Source of the DNA: the human T2T-CHM13v2.0 reference genome, Homo sapiens | Reading direction: 5' to 3' (one strand) | DNA: 64,000 nt | Assembly (NCBI RefSeq): GCF_009914755.1 | Contig: NC_060933.1 | Shown here: positions 15,410 through 29,100 of the stretch, piece after piece | Layout of the letters: each line of letters opens with the position of its first letter | Position numbering within the stretch: the first letter of the stretch is position 1 | The notes under the pieces: model-generated | What the model was told of the DNA's origin: nothing | Seen by the model: the letters and a program-made list of their open reading frames with translations, nothing else | Databases searched by the model: none | Program-made: the position numbers and the translations under genes

Positions 15410-17440
15410 GCAATGGAATGGAATCAACCCGAGTGCAATCGAATGGAATCGAATGGAATGGAATGCAATGGAATGGATTCAACTTGAATGGAATGGAAAG
15501 AATGGAATCAACACGAGTGGAATCGCATGGATTGGAATGGAATGGAATGGAATCAACCCAAGTACAGGGGAATGGAATGGAATGGAATGCAATGGAATGG
15601 AATCATCCGTAATGGAATGGAAAGGAATGGAATGGAAAGGAATGGAATGGAATGGAATGGAATGGAACGGAATCAACTCGATTGCAATCGAATGGAATGG
15701 AATGGAATTAACCCAAATAGAATGGAATGGAATGGAAAGGAATGGAACGGAACGGAATGGAATGCAATGGAATGGAATGGAACGGAACGGAACGGAATGG
15801 AATGGAATGGAATGGAATGGAATCAACGCGAGTGCAGGGGAATGGAATGGAATGGAATGCAATGGAATGGAATCTTCCGGAATGGAATGGAATGGAATGG
15901 AATGGAATGGAATGAAATGCAATGGATTCAACTCGATTGCAATGGAATGGAATAGAATGGAATGGAATGGAATGGAATGGAATGATCCCGAATAGAATGG
16001 AATGGAATGCAATGGAACGGAATGGAACGGAATGGAATGGAATGGAATAGAATGGAATGGTATGGAATGGAATGGAATGGTACGGAATAGAATGGAATGG
16101 AACGAATTGTAATGGAATGGAATTGAATGGAATGGAATGGAATCAACGCGAGTGCAGGGGAATGTAATGGAACGGAATCCAATGGAATGGAATCATCCGG
16201 AATGGAATGGAATGGAATGGAATGGAATGGAATCAACCCGAGTGCAATGGAATGGAGTGGAATGGAATGGAATGGAATGGAAAACACGAATGGAATGGAA
16301 TGTAATGGAGAGTAAGGGAGTTGAATAGAATCAATCGGAATGTAATGGAATGCAACGGAATGGAATGGAATGGAATGGAATGGAATGCAGTGGAATGGAA
16401 TCAACCCGAGTACAATGGAATGGAATGGAATGGAATGGAATGGAATGGAATGGAATGGAATGGAATGCCTTCAAACCGAATGGAAAGGAATGGAATGAAA
16501 ACAACTCGAGTGGAATGGAATGGAATGGAATGGATTGGAATGGATTGCAACGGAATGAAATGGAATGGAATGGAATGGAATCAATCATTCCGAGTGGAAT
16601 GGAAGGGAATGTAATGGAGTGGAAAGAAGGGAATGGAATCAACCCGATTGGAATGCAAGGCAATGGAATGGAATGGAATGGAATGGAATGGAATGGAATG
16701 GAATGGTGTGGAATGGAATGGAATGGTACGGAATAGAATGGAATGGAACGAATTGTAATGGAATGGAATTGAATGGAATGGAATGGAATCAACGCGAGTG
16801 CAGGGAAATGTAATGGAACGAAATGCAATGGAATGGAATCATCCGGAATGGAATGGAATGGAATGGAATGGAATGGAATGGAATCAACCCGACTGCAATG
16901 GAATGGAGTGGAATGGAATGGAATGGAATGGAACAACCCGAATGGAATGGAATGTAATGGAGAGTAAGGGAGTTGAATAGAATCAATCCAAATGTAATGG
17001 AATGGAATGCAACGGAATGGAATGGAATGGAATGGAATGGAATGGAATGCAATGGAATGGAATCAACCCGAGTACAATGGAATGGAATGGAATGGAATGG
17101 AATGGAATGGAATGGAATGGAATGATACGGAATAGAATGGAATGGAACGAAATGGAATGGAATGGAATGGAATCGTTCCGAGTGGAATAGGAGGGAATTT
17201 ATTCGAGTGGAATGGAAAGGAATGGAATCAACCAGAGTGGAATGGAAGGGAATGGAATGGAATGGAAACTAATAGAATGGAATCAACCCGTGTGGAATGG
17301 AATGGAAAGGACTGGAATGGAATGGAATGGAGTGGAATCAACTCGATTGTAATGGAATGGAATGGAATGGAATGGAATGGAATGGAATTAACCCGAATAC
17401 AATGGAATGGAATGGAATGGAACGGAATGGAGTGGAATGG
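15410..17440 (+). repeat. Copy 1 of a ~2 kb dispersed duplication (copy 2 about 21,180-23,250; offset ~5.8 kb)
   Basis: ORF pairs 16127/21929, 16773/22580, 17142/22949, 17297/23104. Shared variants: GGAATCCAAT, GGAAAACACGAA, CAATCGGAAT, GGGAATTTATTCG, CAACCCGTGT. Confidence 0.88.
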
Positions 17441-20400
17441 AATGGAATCAACCCGAGTGCAGGGGAATGGAATGGAATTGAATGCAATGGAATGGAATCA
17501 TCCGGAATGGAATGGAATGGAATGGAATGCAAAGCAATGGAATCAACTCGATCGCAATGGAATGGAATGGAATGGAAAGGAATACATTGGAATCAACCCG
17601 AGTGGAATGGAATGGAAAGGACTGGAATGGAGTGGAATGGAATGGAATGGAATGGAATGGAATGGAATGGAATGGAATCAACTTGATTGGAATGGAATGG
17701 AATGGAATGGAATGGAATGGAATTAACCCGAATAGAAAGGAATGGAATGGAATGGAACGGAACGGAACGGAATGTAATGTAATGTAATGTAATGGAAAGG
17801 AATGGAATGGAATCAACCCGACTGCAGGGGAATGGAAAGGAATGGAATTCAATGGAATGGATTCAACTTGAATGGAATGGAAAGAATGGAATCAACACTA
17901 CTGGAATGGCATGGATTGGAATGGAATGGAATGGAGTCAACACGAGTACAGGGGAATGGAATGGAATGGAATGCAATTGAATGGAATCATCCGTAATGGA
18001 ATGGAAAGCAAAGGAATGGAATGGAATGGAATGGAATGGAATGGAATGGAATCAACTCGATGGCAATCGAATGGAATGGAATGGAATTAACCCGAATAGA
18101 ATGGAATGGAATGGAATGGAACGGAACGGAAAGGAATGGAATGTAATGGAATGGAATGGAATGGAATGGAATGGAATGGAACGGAATGGAATGGAATGGA
18201 ATGGAATGGAATGGAATGGAATGGAACGGAAAGGAATGGAATGGAATGGAATGGAATGGAATGGAATGGAATGGAATGGAATCAACGCGAGTGCAGGGGA
18301 ATGGAATGGAATGGAATGCAATGGAATGGAATCTTCCGGAATGGAATGGAATTGAATGGAATGGAATGGAATGGAATGGAATAAACCCGAGTGCAATGGA
18401 ATGGAGTGGAACGGAATGGAATGGAATGGAACAACCCGAATGGAATGGAATGTAATGGAGACTAAGGGAGTTGAATAGAATCAATCCGAATGTAATGGAA
18501 TGGAATGGAACGGAATGGAATTGAATGGAATGGAATGGAATGCAATGGAATGGAATCAACCCGAGTGCAATGGAATGTAGAGGAATGGAATGGAATGGAA
18601 TGGAAACTACCCGAATGGAATGGAATGTAATGGAGTGTAAGGGAATTGAATAGAATCAATCCGAATATAATGGAATGGAATGGAACGGAATGGAATGGAA
18701 TGGAATGCAATGGAATGGAATCAACCCGAGTGCAATCGAATGGAATCAAATGGAATGGAATGCAGTGGAATGGATTCAACTTGAATGGAATAGAAAGAAT
18801 GGAATCAACACGAGTGGAAAGGCATGGATTGGAATGCAATGGAATGGAATCAACCCGAGTACAGGGGAATGGAATGGAATGGAATGCAATGGAATGGAAT
18901 CATCCGTAATGGAATGGAAAGGAATGGAATGGAATGGAATGGAATGGAATGGAATGGAATGGAATGGAATCAACACGATTGCAATCGAATGGAATGGAAT
19001 GGAATTAACCCGAATAGAATGGAATGGAATGGAATGGAACGGAACGGAATGGAATGGAATGGAATGGAACGGAACGGAACGGAACGGAATGGAACGGAAT
19101 GGAATGGAATGGAATGGAATGGAATGGAATGGAATGGAATCAACGCGAGTGCAGGGGAATGGAATGGAATGGAATGCAATGGAATGGAATCTTCCGGAAT
19201 GGAATGGAATGGAATGGAATGGAATGAAATGCCATGGATTCAACTCGATTGCAATGGAATGGAATAGAATGGAATGGAATGGAATGGAATGGAAATAACG
19301 CGAATAGAATGGAATGGAATGGAATGGAACGGAATGGAACGGAATGGAATGGAATGGAATGGAATGGAATGGAATGGTATGGAATGGAATGGAATTGTAC
19401 GGAATAGAATGGAATGGAAAGAATTGTAATGGAATGGAATTGAATGGAATGGAATGGAATGGAATGGAATCAACGCGAGTACAGGGGAATGTAATGGAAC
19501 GGAACGCAATGGAATGGAATCATCCGGAATGGAATGGAATGAAATGGAATAGAATGGAATGGAATGGAATCAACTCGATTGGAATGGAATGGAACGGAAT
19601 GGAATGGAATGGAATGGAATGGAATGGAATTAACCCGAATACAATGGAATGGAATGGAATGGAACGGAACGGAACGGAATGGAATGGAATGGAATGGAAT
19701 GGAATGGAATGGAAACAATCCGTCTGCAGGGGAATGGAATGGAATGGAATGCAATGGAATGGATTCAACTTGAATGGAATGGAAAGAATGGAATCAACAC
19801 GAGTGGAATGGCATGGATTGTAATGGAATGGAATGGAATCAACCCGAGTACAGGGGAATGGAATGGAATGGAATGCAATGGAATGGAATCTTCCGGAATG
19901 GAATGGAATGGAATGGAATGGAATGGAATGGAATGGAATGCAATGGAATGGAATCTTCCGGAATGGAATGGAATGGAATGGAATGGAATGGAATGGAATG
20001 GAATGGAATGGAATAAACCCGAGTGCAATGGAATGGAGTGCAATGGAATGGAATGGAATGGAACAACCCGAATGGAATGGAATGTAATGGAGAGTAAGGG
20101 AGTTGAATAGAATCAATCCGAATGTAATGGAATGGAATGGAACGGAATGGAATTGAATGGAATGGAATGGAATGCAATGGAATGGAATCAACCCGAGTGC
20201 AATGGAATGGAGAGGAATGGAATGGAATGGAATGGAAACTACCCGAATGGAATGGAATGTAATGGAGTGTAAGGGAATTGAATAGAATCAATCCGAATGT
20301 AATGGAATGGAATGGAACGGAATGGAATGGAATGGAATGGAATGGAATGCAATGGAATGGAATCAACCCGAGTGCAATCGAATGGAATCGAATGGAATGG

Positions 20401-21179
20401 AATGCAATGGAATGGATTCAACTTGAATGGAATGGAAAGAATGGAATCAACACGAGTGGAAGGGCATGGATTGGAATGCAATGGAATGGAATCAACCCGA
20501 GTACAGGGGAATGGAATGGAATGGAATGCAATGGAATGGAATCATCCGTAATGGAATGGAAAGGAATGGAATGGAATGGAATGGAATGGAATCAACTCGA
20601 TTGCAATTGAATGGAATGGAATGGAATTAACCCGAATAGAATGAAATGGAATGGAATGGAACGGAACGGAATGGAATGGAATGGAATGGAATGGAATGGA
20701 ACGGAAAGGAAGGGAATGGAATGGAATAGAATGGAATGGAATGGAATCAACGCGAGTGCAGGGGAATGGAATGGAATGGAATGCAATGGAATGGAATCTT
20801 CCGGAATGGAATGGAATGGAATGGAATGGAATGGAATGGAATGGAATCAACCCGAGTGCAATGGAATGGAGTGGAATGGAATGGAATGGAATGGAACAAC
20901 CCGAATGGAATGGAATGTAATGGAGAGTAAGGGAGTTGAATAGAATCAATCCGAATGTAACGGAATGGAAGGGAACGGAATGGAATTGAATGGAATGGAA
21001 TGGAATGGAATGGAATGGAATCAACCCGAGTTCAATGGAATGGAGAGGAATGGAATGGAATGGAATGGAAACTACCCAAATGGAATGGAATGTAATGGAG
21101 TGTAAGGGAATTGAATAGAATCAATCCGAATGTAATGGAATGGAATGGAACGGAATGGAATGGAATGGAATGGAATGGA

Positions 21180-23250
21180 ATGCAATGGAATGCAATCAAC
21201 CCGAGTGCAATCGAATGGAATCGAATGGAATGGAATGCAATGGAATGGATTCAACTTGAATGGAATGGAAAGAATGGAATCAACACGAGTGGAATGGCAT
21301 GGATTGGAATGGAATGGAATGGAATCAACCCGAGTACAGGGGAATGGAATGGAATGGAATGCAATGGAATGGAATCATCCGTAATGGAATGGAAAGGAAT
21401 GGAATGGAATGGAATGGAATGGAATGGAATGGAATGGAATGGAATCAACTCGATTGCAATCGAATGGAATGGAATGGAATTAACCCGAATAGAATGGAAT
21501 GGAATGGAATGGAACGGAACGGAATGGAATGGAATGGAATGGAATGGAACGGAACGGAATGGAACGGAAAGGAATGGAATGGAATGGAATGTAATGGAAT
21601 GGAATGGAATGGAATGGAATGGAATGGAGTCAACGCGAGTGCAGGGGAATGGAATGGAATGGAATGCAATGGAATGGAATCTTCCGGAATGGAATGGAAT
21701 GGAATGGAATGGAATGAAATGCAATGGATTCAACTCGATTGCAATGGAATGGAATAGAATGGAATGGAATGGAATGGAATGGAATTAATCCGAATAGAAT
21801 GGAATGGAATGCAATGGAACGGAATGGAACGGAATGGAATGGAATGGAATAGAATGGAATGGTATGGAATGGAATGGAATGGTACGGAATAGAATGGAAT
21901 GGAACGAATTGTAATGGAATGGAATTGAATGGAATGGAATGGAATCAACGCGAGTGCAGGGGAATGTAATGGAACGGAATCCAATGGAATGGAATCATCC
22001 GGAATGGAATGGAATGGAATGGAATGGAATGGAATCAACCCGAGTGCAATGGAATGGAGTGGAATGGAATGGAATGGAATGGAAAACACGAATGGAATGG
22101 AATGTAATGGAGAGTAAGGGAGTTGAATAGAATCAATCGGAATGTAATGGAATGCAACGGAATGGAATGGAATGGAATGGAATGGAATGCAATGGAATGG
22201 AATCAACCCGAGTACAATGGAATGGAATGGAATGGAATGGAATGGAATGGAATGGAATGGAATGGAATGGAATGGAATGCCTTCAAACCGAATGGAAAGG
22301 AATGGAATGGAATCAACTCGAGTGGAATGGAATGGAATGGAATGGATTGGAATGGATTGCAACGGAATGAAATGGAATGGAATGGAATGGAATCAATCAT
22401 TCCGAGTGGAATGGAAGGGAATGTAATGGAGTGGAAAGAAGGGAATGGAATCAACCCGATTGGAATGCAAGGCAATGGAATGGAATGGAATGGAATGGAA
22501 TGGAATGGAATGGTGTGGAATGGAATGGAATGGTACGGAATAGAATGGAATGGAACGAATTGTAGTGTAATGGAATTGAATGGAATGGAATGGAATCAAC
22601 GCGAGTGCAGGGAAATGTAATGGAACGAAATGCAATGGAATGGAATCATCCGGAATGGAATGGAATGGAATGGAATGGAATGGAATGGAATCAACCCGAC
22701 TACAATGGAATGGAGTGGAATGGAATGGAATGGAATGGAACAACCCGAATGGAATGGAATGTAATGGAGAGTAAGGGAGTTGAATAGAATCAATCCAAAT
22801 GTAATGGAATGGAATGCAACGGAATGGAATGGAATGGAATGGAATGGAATGCAATGGAATGGAATCAACCCGAGTACAATGCAATGGAATGGAATGGAAT
22901 GGAATGGAATGGAATGGAATGGAATGGAATGATACGGAATAGAATGGAATGGAACGAAATGGAATGGAATGGAATGGAATCGTTCCGAGTGGAATAGGAG
23001 GGAATTTATTCGAGTGGAATGGAAAGGAATGGAATCAACCAGAGTGGAATGGAAGGGAATGGAATGGAATGGAAACTAATAGAATGGAATCAACCCGTGT
23101 GGAATGGAATGGAAAGGACTGGAATGGAATGGAATGGAGTGGAATCAACTCGATTGTAATGGAATGGAATGGAATGGAATGGAATGGAATGGAATTAACC
23201 CGAATACAATGGAATGGAATGGAATGGAACGGAATGGAGTGGAATGGAAT
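21180..23250 (+). repeat. Copy 2 of the ~2 kb duplication of 15.4-17.4 kb
   Basis: Same rare variants and ORF offsets (5,802-5,812) as copy 1. Confidence 0.88.
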
Positions 23251-23289
23251 GGAATGGAATGGAATCAACCTGAGCGCAATGGAATGGAG

Positions 23290-26110
23290 TGGAATGGAAT
23301 GGAACGGAATGGAATGGAATGGAATCAACGCGAGTGCAGGGGAATGGAATGGAATCGAATGGAATGGAAAGGAATGGAATGGAATCAACCCGAGTGCAGG
23401 GGAACCTAATGGAACGGAATGCAATGGAATGGAATCACCCGGAATGGAATGGAATGGAATGGAATGGAATGGAATCAACCCGAGTGCAATGGAATGGAGT
23501 GGAATGGAAAGGAATGGAATGGAACAACCCGAATGGAATGGAATGTAATGGAGAGTAAGGGAGTTGAAAAGAATCAATCCGAATGTAATGGAATGGAATG
23601 GAACGGAATGGAATGGAATGGAATGGAATGGAATGCAATGGAATGGAATCAACCCGAGTACAATGGAATGGAATGGAATGGAATGGAATTGAATGGAATG
23701 GAATGGACTGCAATGGAATGGAATCTTCCGGAATGGAATGGAATGGAATGGAATGGAATGGAGTGGAATGCAATGGATTCAACTCGATTGCAATGGAATG
23801 GAATAGAATGGAATGGAATAGAATGGAATATAATGGAATTAAACCGAATAGAATGGAATGGAATGGAATGGAACGGAACAGAACGGAACGGAATGGAACG
23901 GAGTGGAATGGAATGGAATGGAATTGTATGGAATGGAATGGAATGGTACGGAATAGAATGGAATGGAAAGAATTGGAATGGAATGGAATCGAATGGAATG
24001 GAATGGAATGGAATGGAATGGAATCAACCCGAGTGCAGGGGAATGTAATGGAACGGAATGCAATGGAATGGAATCATCCGGAATGGAATGGAATGGAATG
24101 GAATGGAATGGAATGGAATGGAATCAACCCGAGCGCAATGGAATGGAGTGCAATGGAATGGAATGGAATGGAACAACCCGAATGGAATGGAATGTAATGG
24201 AGAGTAAGGGAGTTGAATAGAATCAATCCGAATGTAATGGAATGGAACGGAATGGAATGGAATGGAATGGAATGGAATGGAATGGAATGGAATGCAGTGG
24301 AATGGAATCAACCCGAGTACAATGGAACGGAATGGAATGGAATGTAATGTAATGGAATGGAATGGAATGGAATGGAATGGAATCAACCCGAGTGCAATGG
24401 AATGGAGAGGAATGGAAAGGAATGGAATGGAAACTACCCGAATGGAATGGAATGTAATGGAGTGTAAGGGAATTGAATAGAATCAATCCGAATGGAATGG
24501 AATGGAATGGAACGGAATGTAATTGAATGGAATGGAATGGAATCAACCCGAGTGCAGGGGAATGGAATGGAATGGAATGCAATGGAATGGAATCATCCGG
24601 AATGGAACGGAATGGAATGGAATGGAATGGAATGGAATCATCCCGAGTGCAATGGAATGGAGTGGAATGGAATGGAATGGAATGGAACAACCCGAATGGA
24701 ATGGAATGAAATGGAGAGTAAGGGAGTTGAATAGAATCAATCCGAATGTAATGGAATGGAATGGAACGGAATGGAATTGAATGGAATGGAATGGAACGGA
24801 ATGGAATGGAATGGAATCAACGCGAGTGCAGGGGAAAGGAATGGAATCGAATGGAATGGAAAGGAATGGAATGGAATCAACCCGAGTGCAGGGGAACCTA
24901 ATGGAACGGAATGCAATGGAATGGAATCACCGGGAATGGAATGGAATGGAATGGAATGGAATCAACCCGAGTGCAATGGAATGGAGTGGAATGGAAAGGA
25001 ATGGAATGGAACAACCCGAATGGAATGGAATGTAATGGAGAGTAAGGGAGTTGAAAAGAATCAATCCGAATGTAATGGAATGGAATGGAACGGAATGGAA
25101 TGGAATGGAATGGAATGGAATGGAATGCAATGGAATGGAATCAACCCGAGTACAATGGAATGGAATGGAATGGAATGGAATGGAATGGAATGGAATGGAA
25201 TGCAATGGAATGGAATCTTCCGGAATGGAATGGAATGGAATGGAATGGAGTGGAATGCAATGGATTCAACTCGATTGCAATGGAATGGAATAGAATGGAA
25301 TGGAATAGAATGGAATATAATGGAATTAAACCGAATAGAATGGAATGGAATGGAATGGAACGGAACAGAACGGAACGGAACGGAACGGAGTGGAATGGAA
25401 TGGAATGGAATTGTATGGAATGGAATGGAATGGTACGGAATAGAATGGAATGGAAAGAATTGGAATGGAATGGAATCGAATGGAATGGAATGGAATGGAA
25501 TGGAATGGAATCAACCCGAGTGCAGGGGAATGTAATGGAATGGAATGCAATGGAATGGAATCATCCGGAATGGAATGGAATGGAATGGAATGGAATGGAA
25601 TGGAATGGAATGGAATCAACCCGAGCGCAATGGAATGGAGTGGAATGGAATGGAATGGAATGGAACAACCCGAATGGAATGGAATGTAATGGAGAGTAAG
25701 GGAGTTGAATAGAATCAATCCGAATGTAATGGAATGGAACGGAATGGAATGGAATGGAATGGAATGGAATGGAATGGAATGGAATGGAATGGAATGCAGT
25801 GGAATGGAATCAACCCGAGTACAATGGAACGGAATGGAATGGAATGTAATGTAATGGAATGGAATGGAATGGAATGGAATGGAATGGAATCAACCCGAGT
25901 GCAATGGAATGGAGAGGAATGGAATGGAATGGAATGGAAACTACCCGAATGGAATGGAATGTAATGGAGTGTAAGGGAATTGAATAGAATCAATCCGAAT
26001 GGAATGGAATGGAATGGAACGGAATGTAATGGAATGGAATGGAATGGAATCAACCCGAGTGCAGGGGAATGGAATGGAATGGAATGCAATGGAATGGAAT
26101 CATCCGGAAT
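23290..26110 (+). repeat. Near-tandem duplication, period ~1.49 kb (about 23,290-24,600 and 24,780-26,110)
   Basis: ORF pairs 23598/25085, 23839/25326 and 23963/25450 (offset 1,487). Shared variants: GGGGAACCTAAT, GGAATCACC, GAATATAATGGAATTAAACCG, GAGCGCAAT, GCAGTGG. Confidence 0.9.
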
Positions 26111-29100
26111 GGAATGGAATGGAATGCAATGTAATGGAATTGAATGGAATCAACCCGAGTGCAATGGAATGGAGTGAAATGGAATGGAATGGAATGGAGA
26201 CAACCAGAATGGATTGGAATATAATGGAGTGTAAGGGAATTGAATAGAATCAATCTGAATGTAATGAAATGGAATGGAACGGAATGGAATGGAATGGAAT
26301 GGCATGGAATGGAATGGAGACAACCCGACTGCAGGGGAATGGAATGGAATGTAATGCAATGGAATGGATTCAACTTGAATGGAATGGAAAGAATGGAATC
26401 AACACGAGTGGAATGGCATAGATTGGAATGGAATGGAATGGAATCAACCCGAGTACAGGGGAATGGAATGGAATGGAATGCAATGGAATGGAATCATCCG
26501 TAATGGAATGGAATGGAATGGAATGGAATGGAATGGAATGGAATGGAATGGAATCAACTCGATTGCAATCGAATGGAATGGAATGGAATTAACCCGAATA
26601 GAATGGAATGGAATGGAATGGAACGGAACGGAACGGAACGGAACGGAATAGAATGGAATGGAAGGGAAAGGAATGGAATGGAATGGAATGGAATGGAATG
26701 GAATGGAATGGAATGGAATGGAATGGAATCAACGCGAGTGCAGGGGAATGGAATGGAATGGAATGCAATGGAATGGAATCTTCCGGAATGGAACGGAATG
26801 GAATGGAATGGAATGGAATGGAATAAACCCGAGTGCAATGGAATGGAGTGGAATGGAATGGAATGGAATGGAACAACCCGAATGGAATGGAATGTAATGG
26901 AGAGTAAGGGAATTGAATAGAATCAATCCGAATGTAATGGAATGGAATGGAACGGAATGGAATTGAATGGAATGGAATGGAATGCAACGGAATGGAATCA
27001 ACCCGAGTTCAATGGAATGGAGAGGAATGGAATGGAATGGAATGGAAACTACCCGAATGGAATGGAATGTAATGGAGTGTAAGGGAATTGAATAGAATCA
27101 ATCCGAATGTAATGGAATGGAATGGAACGGAATGGAATGGAATGGAATGGAATGGAATGGAACGGAATGGAATGGAATGGAATGGAATGGATTGGAATGG
27201 AATGGAATGCAATGGAATGGAATCAACCCGAGTGCAATCGAATGGAATCGAATGGAATGGAATGCAATGGAATGGATTCAACTTGAATGGAATGCAAAGA
27301 ATGGAATCAACACGAGTGGAATGGCATGGACTGGAATGGAATGGAATGGAATCAACCCGAGTACAGGGGAATGGAATGGAATGGAATGCAATGGAATGGA
27401 ATCATCCGTAATGGAATGGAAAGGAATGGAATGGAATGGAATGGAATGGAATGGAATGGAATCAACTCGATTGCAATCGAATGGAATGGAATGGAATTAA
27501 CCCGAATAGAATGGAATGGAATGGAATGGAACGGAACGGAACGGAATGGAATGGAATGGAATGGAATGGAACGGAAAGGAAGGGAATGGAATGGAATGAA
27601 ATGGAATGGAATGGAATGGAATCAACGCGAGTGCAGGGGAATGGAATGGAATGGAATGCAATGGAATGGAATCTTCCGGAATGGAATGGAATGGAATGGA
27701 ATGGAATGGAATGGAATGGAATAAACCCGAGTGCAATGGAATGGAGAGGAATGGAATGGAATGGAATGGAACAACCCGAATGGAATGGAATGTAATGGAG
27801 AGTAAGGGAGTTGAATAGAAACAATCCGAATGTAATGGAATGGAATGGAACGGAATGGAATTGAATGGAATGGAATGGAATGCAATGGAATGGAATCAAC
27901 CCGAGTGCAATGGAATTCAGAGGAATGGAATGGAATGGAATGGAAACTACCCGAATGGAATGGAATGTAATGGAGTGTAAGGGAATTGAATAGAATCAAT
28001 CCGAATGGAATGGAATGGAATGGAATGGAATGGAATGGAATGGAATGGAATGCAATGGAATGGAATCAACCTGAGTGCAATCGAATGGAATCGAATGGAA
28101 TGGAATGCAATGGAATGGATTCAACTTGAATGGAATGGAAAGAATGGAATCAACACGAGTGGAATGGCATGGATTGGAATGGAATGGAATGGAATCAACC
28201 CGAGTACAGGGGAATGGAATGGAATGGAATGCAATGGAATGGAATCATCCGTAATGGAATGGAAAGGAATGGAATGGAATGGAATGGAATGGAATGGAAT
28301 GGAATGGAATCAACTCGATTGCAATCGAATGGAATGGAATGGAATTAACCCGAATAGAATGGAATGGAATGGAATGGAACGGAACGGAATGGAATGGAAT
28401 GGAATGGAATGGAATGGAACGGAACGGAATGGAATGGAATGGAATGGAATGGAATCAACGCGAGTGCAGGGGAATGGAATGGAATGGAATGCAATGGAAT
28501 GGAATCTTCCGGAATGGAATGGAATGGAATGGAATGGAATGGAATGGAGTGGAATCAACCCGAGTGCAATGGAATGGAGTGGAATGGAATGGAGTGGAAT
28601 GGAACAACCCGAATGGAATGGAATGGAATGGAGAGTAAGGGAGTTGAATAGAATCAATCCGAATGTAATGGAATGGAATGGAACGGAATGGAATTGAATG
28701 GAATGTAATGGAATGCAATGGAATGGAATCAACCCGAGTGCAATGGAATGGAGAGGAATGGAATGGAATGGAATGGAAACTAACCGAATGGAATGGAATG
28801 TAATGGAGTGTAAGGGAATTGAATAGAATCAATCCGAATGTAATGGAATGGAATGGAACGGAATGGAATGGAATGGAATGGAATCAACTCGATTGTAATG
28901 GAATGGAATGGAAGGGAATGGAGTGGAATGGAATGGAATCAACCCGAGTGCAGGGGAATGGAATGGAATGGAATGCAATGGAATGGAATCATCCGGAATG
29001 GAATGGAATGGAATGGAATGCAAAGCAATGGAATCAACTCGATTGCAATGGAATGGAATGGAATGGAAAGGAATACATTGGAATCAACCCGAGTGGATTG

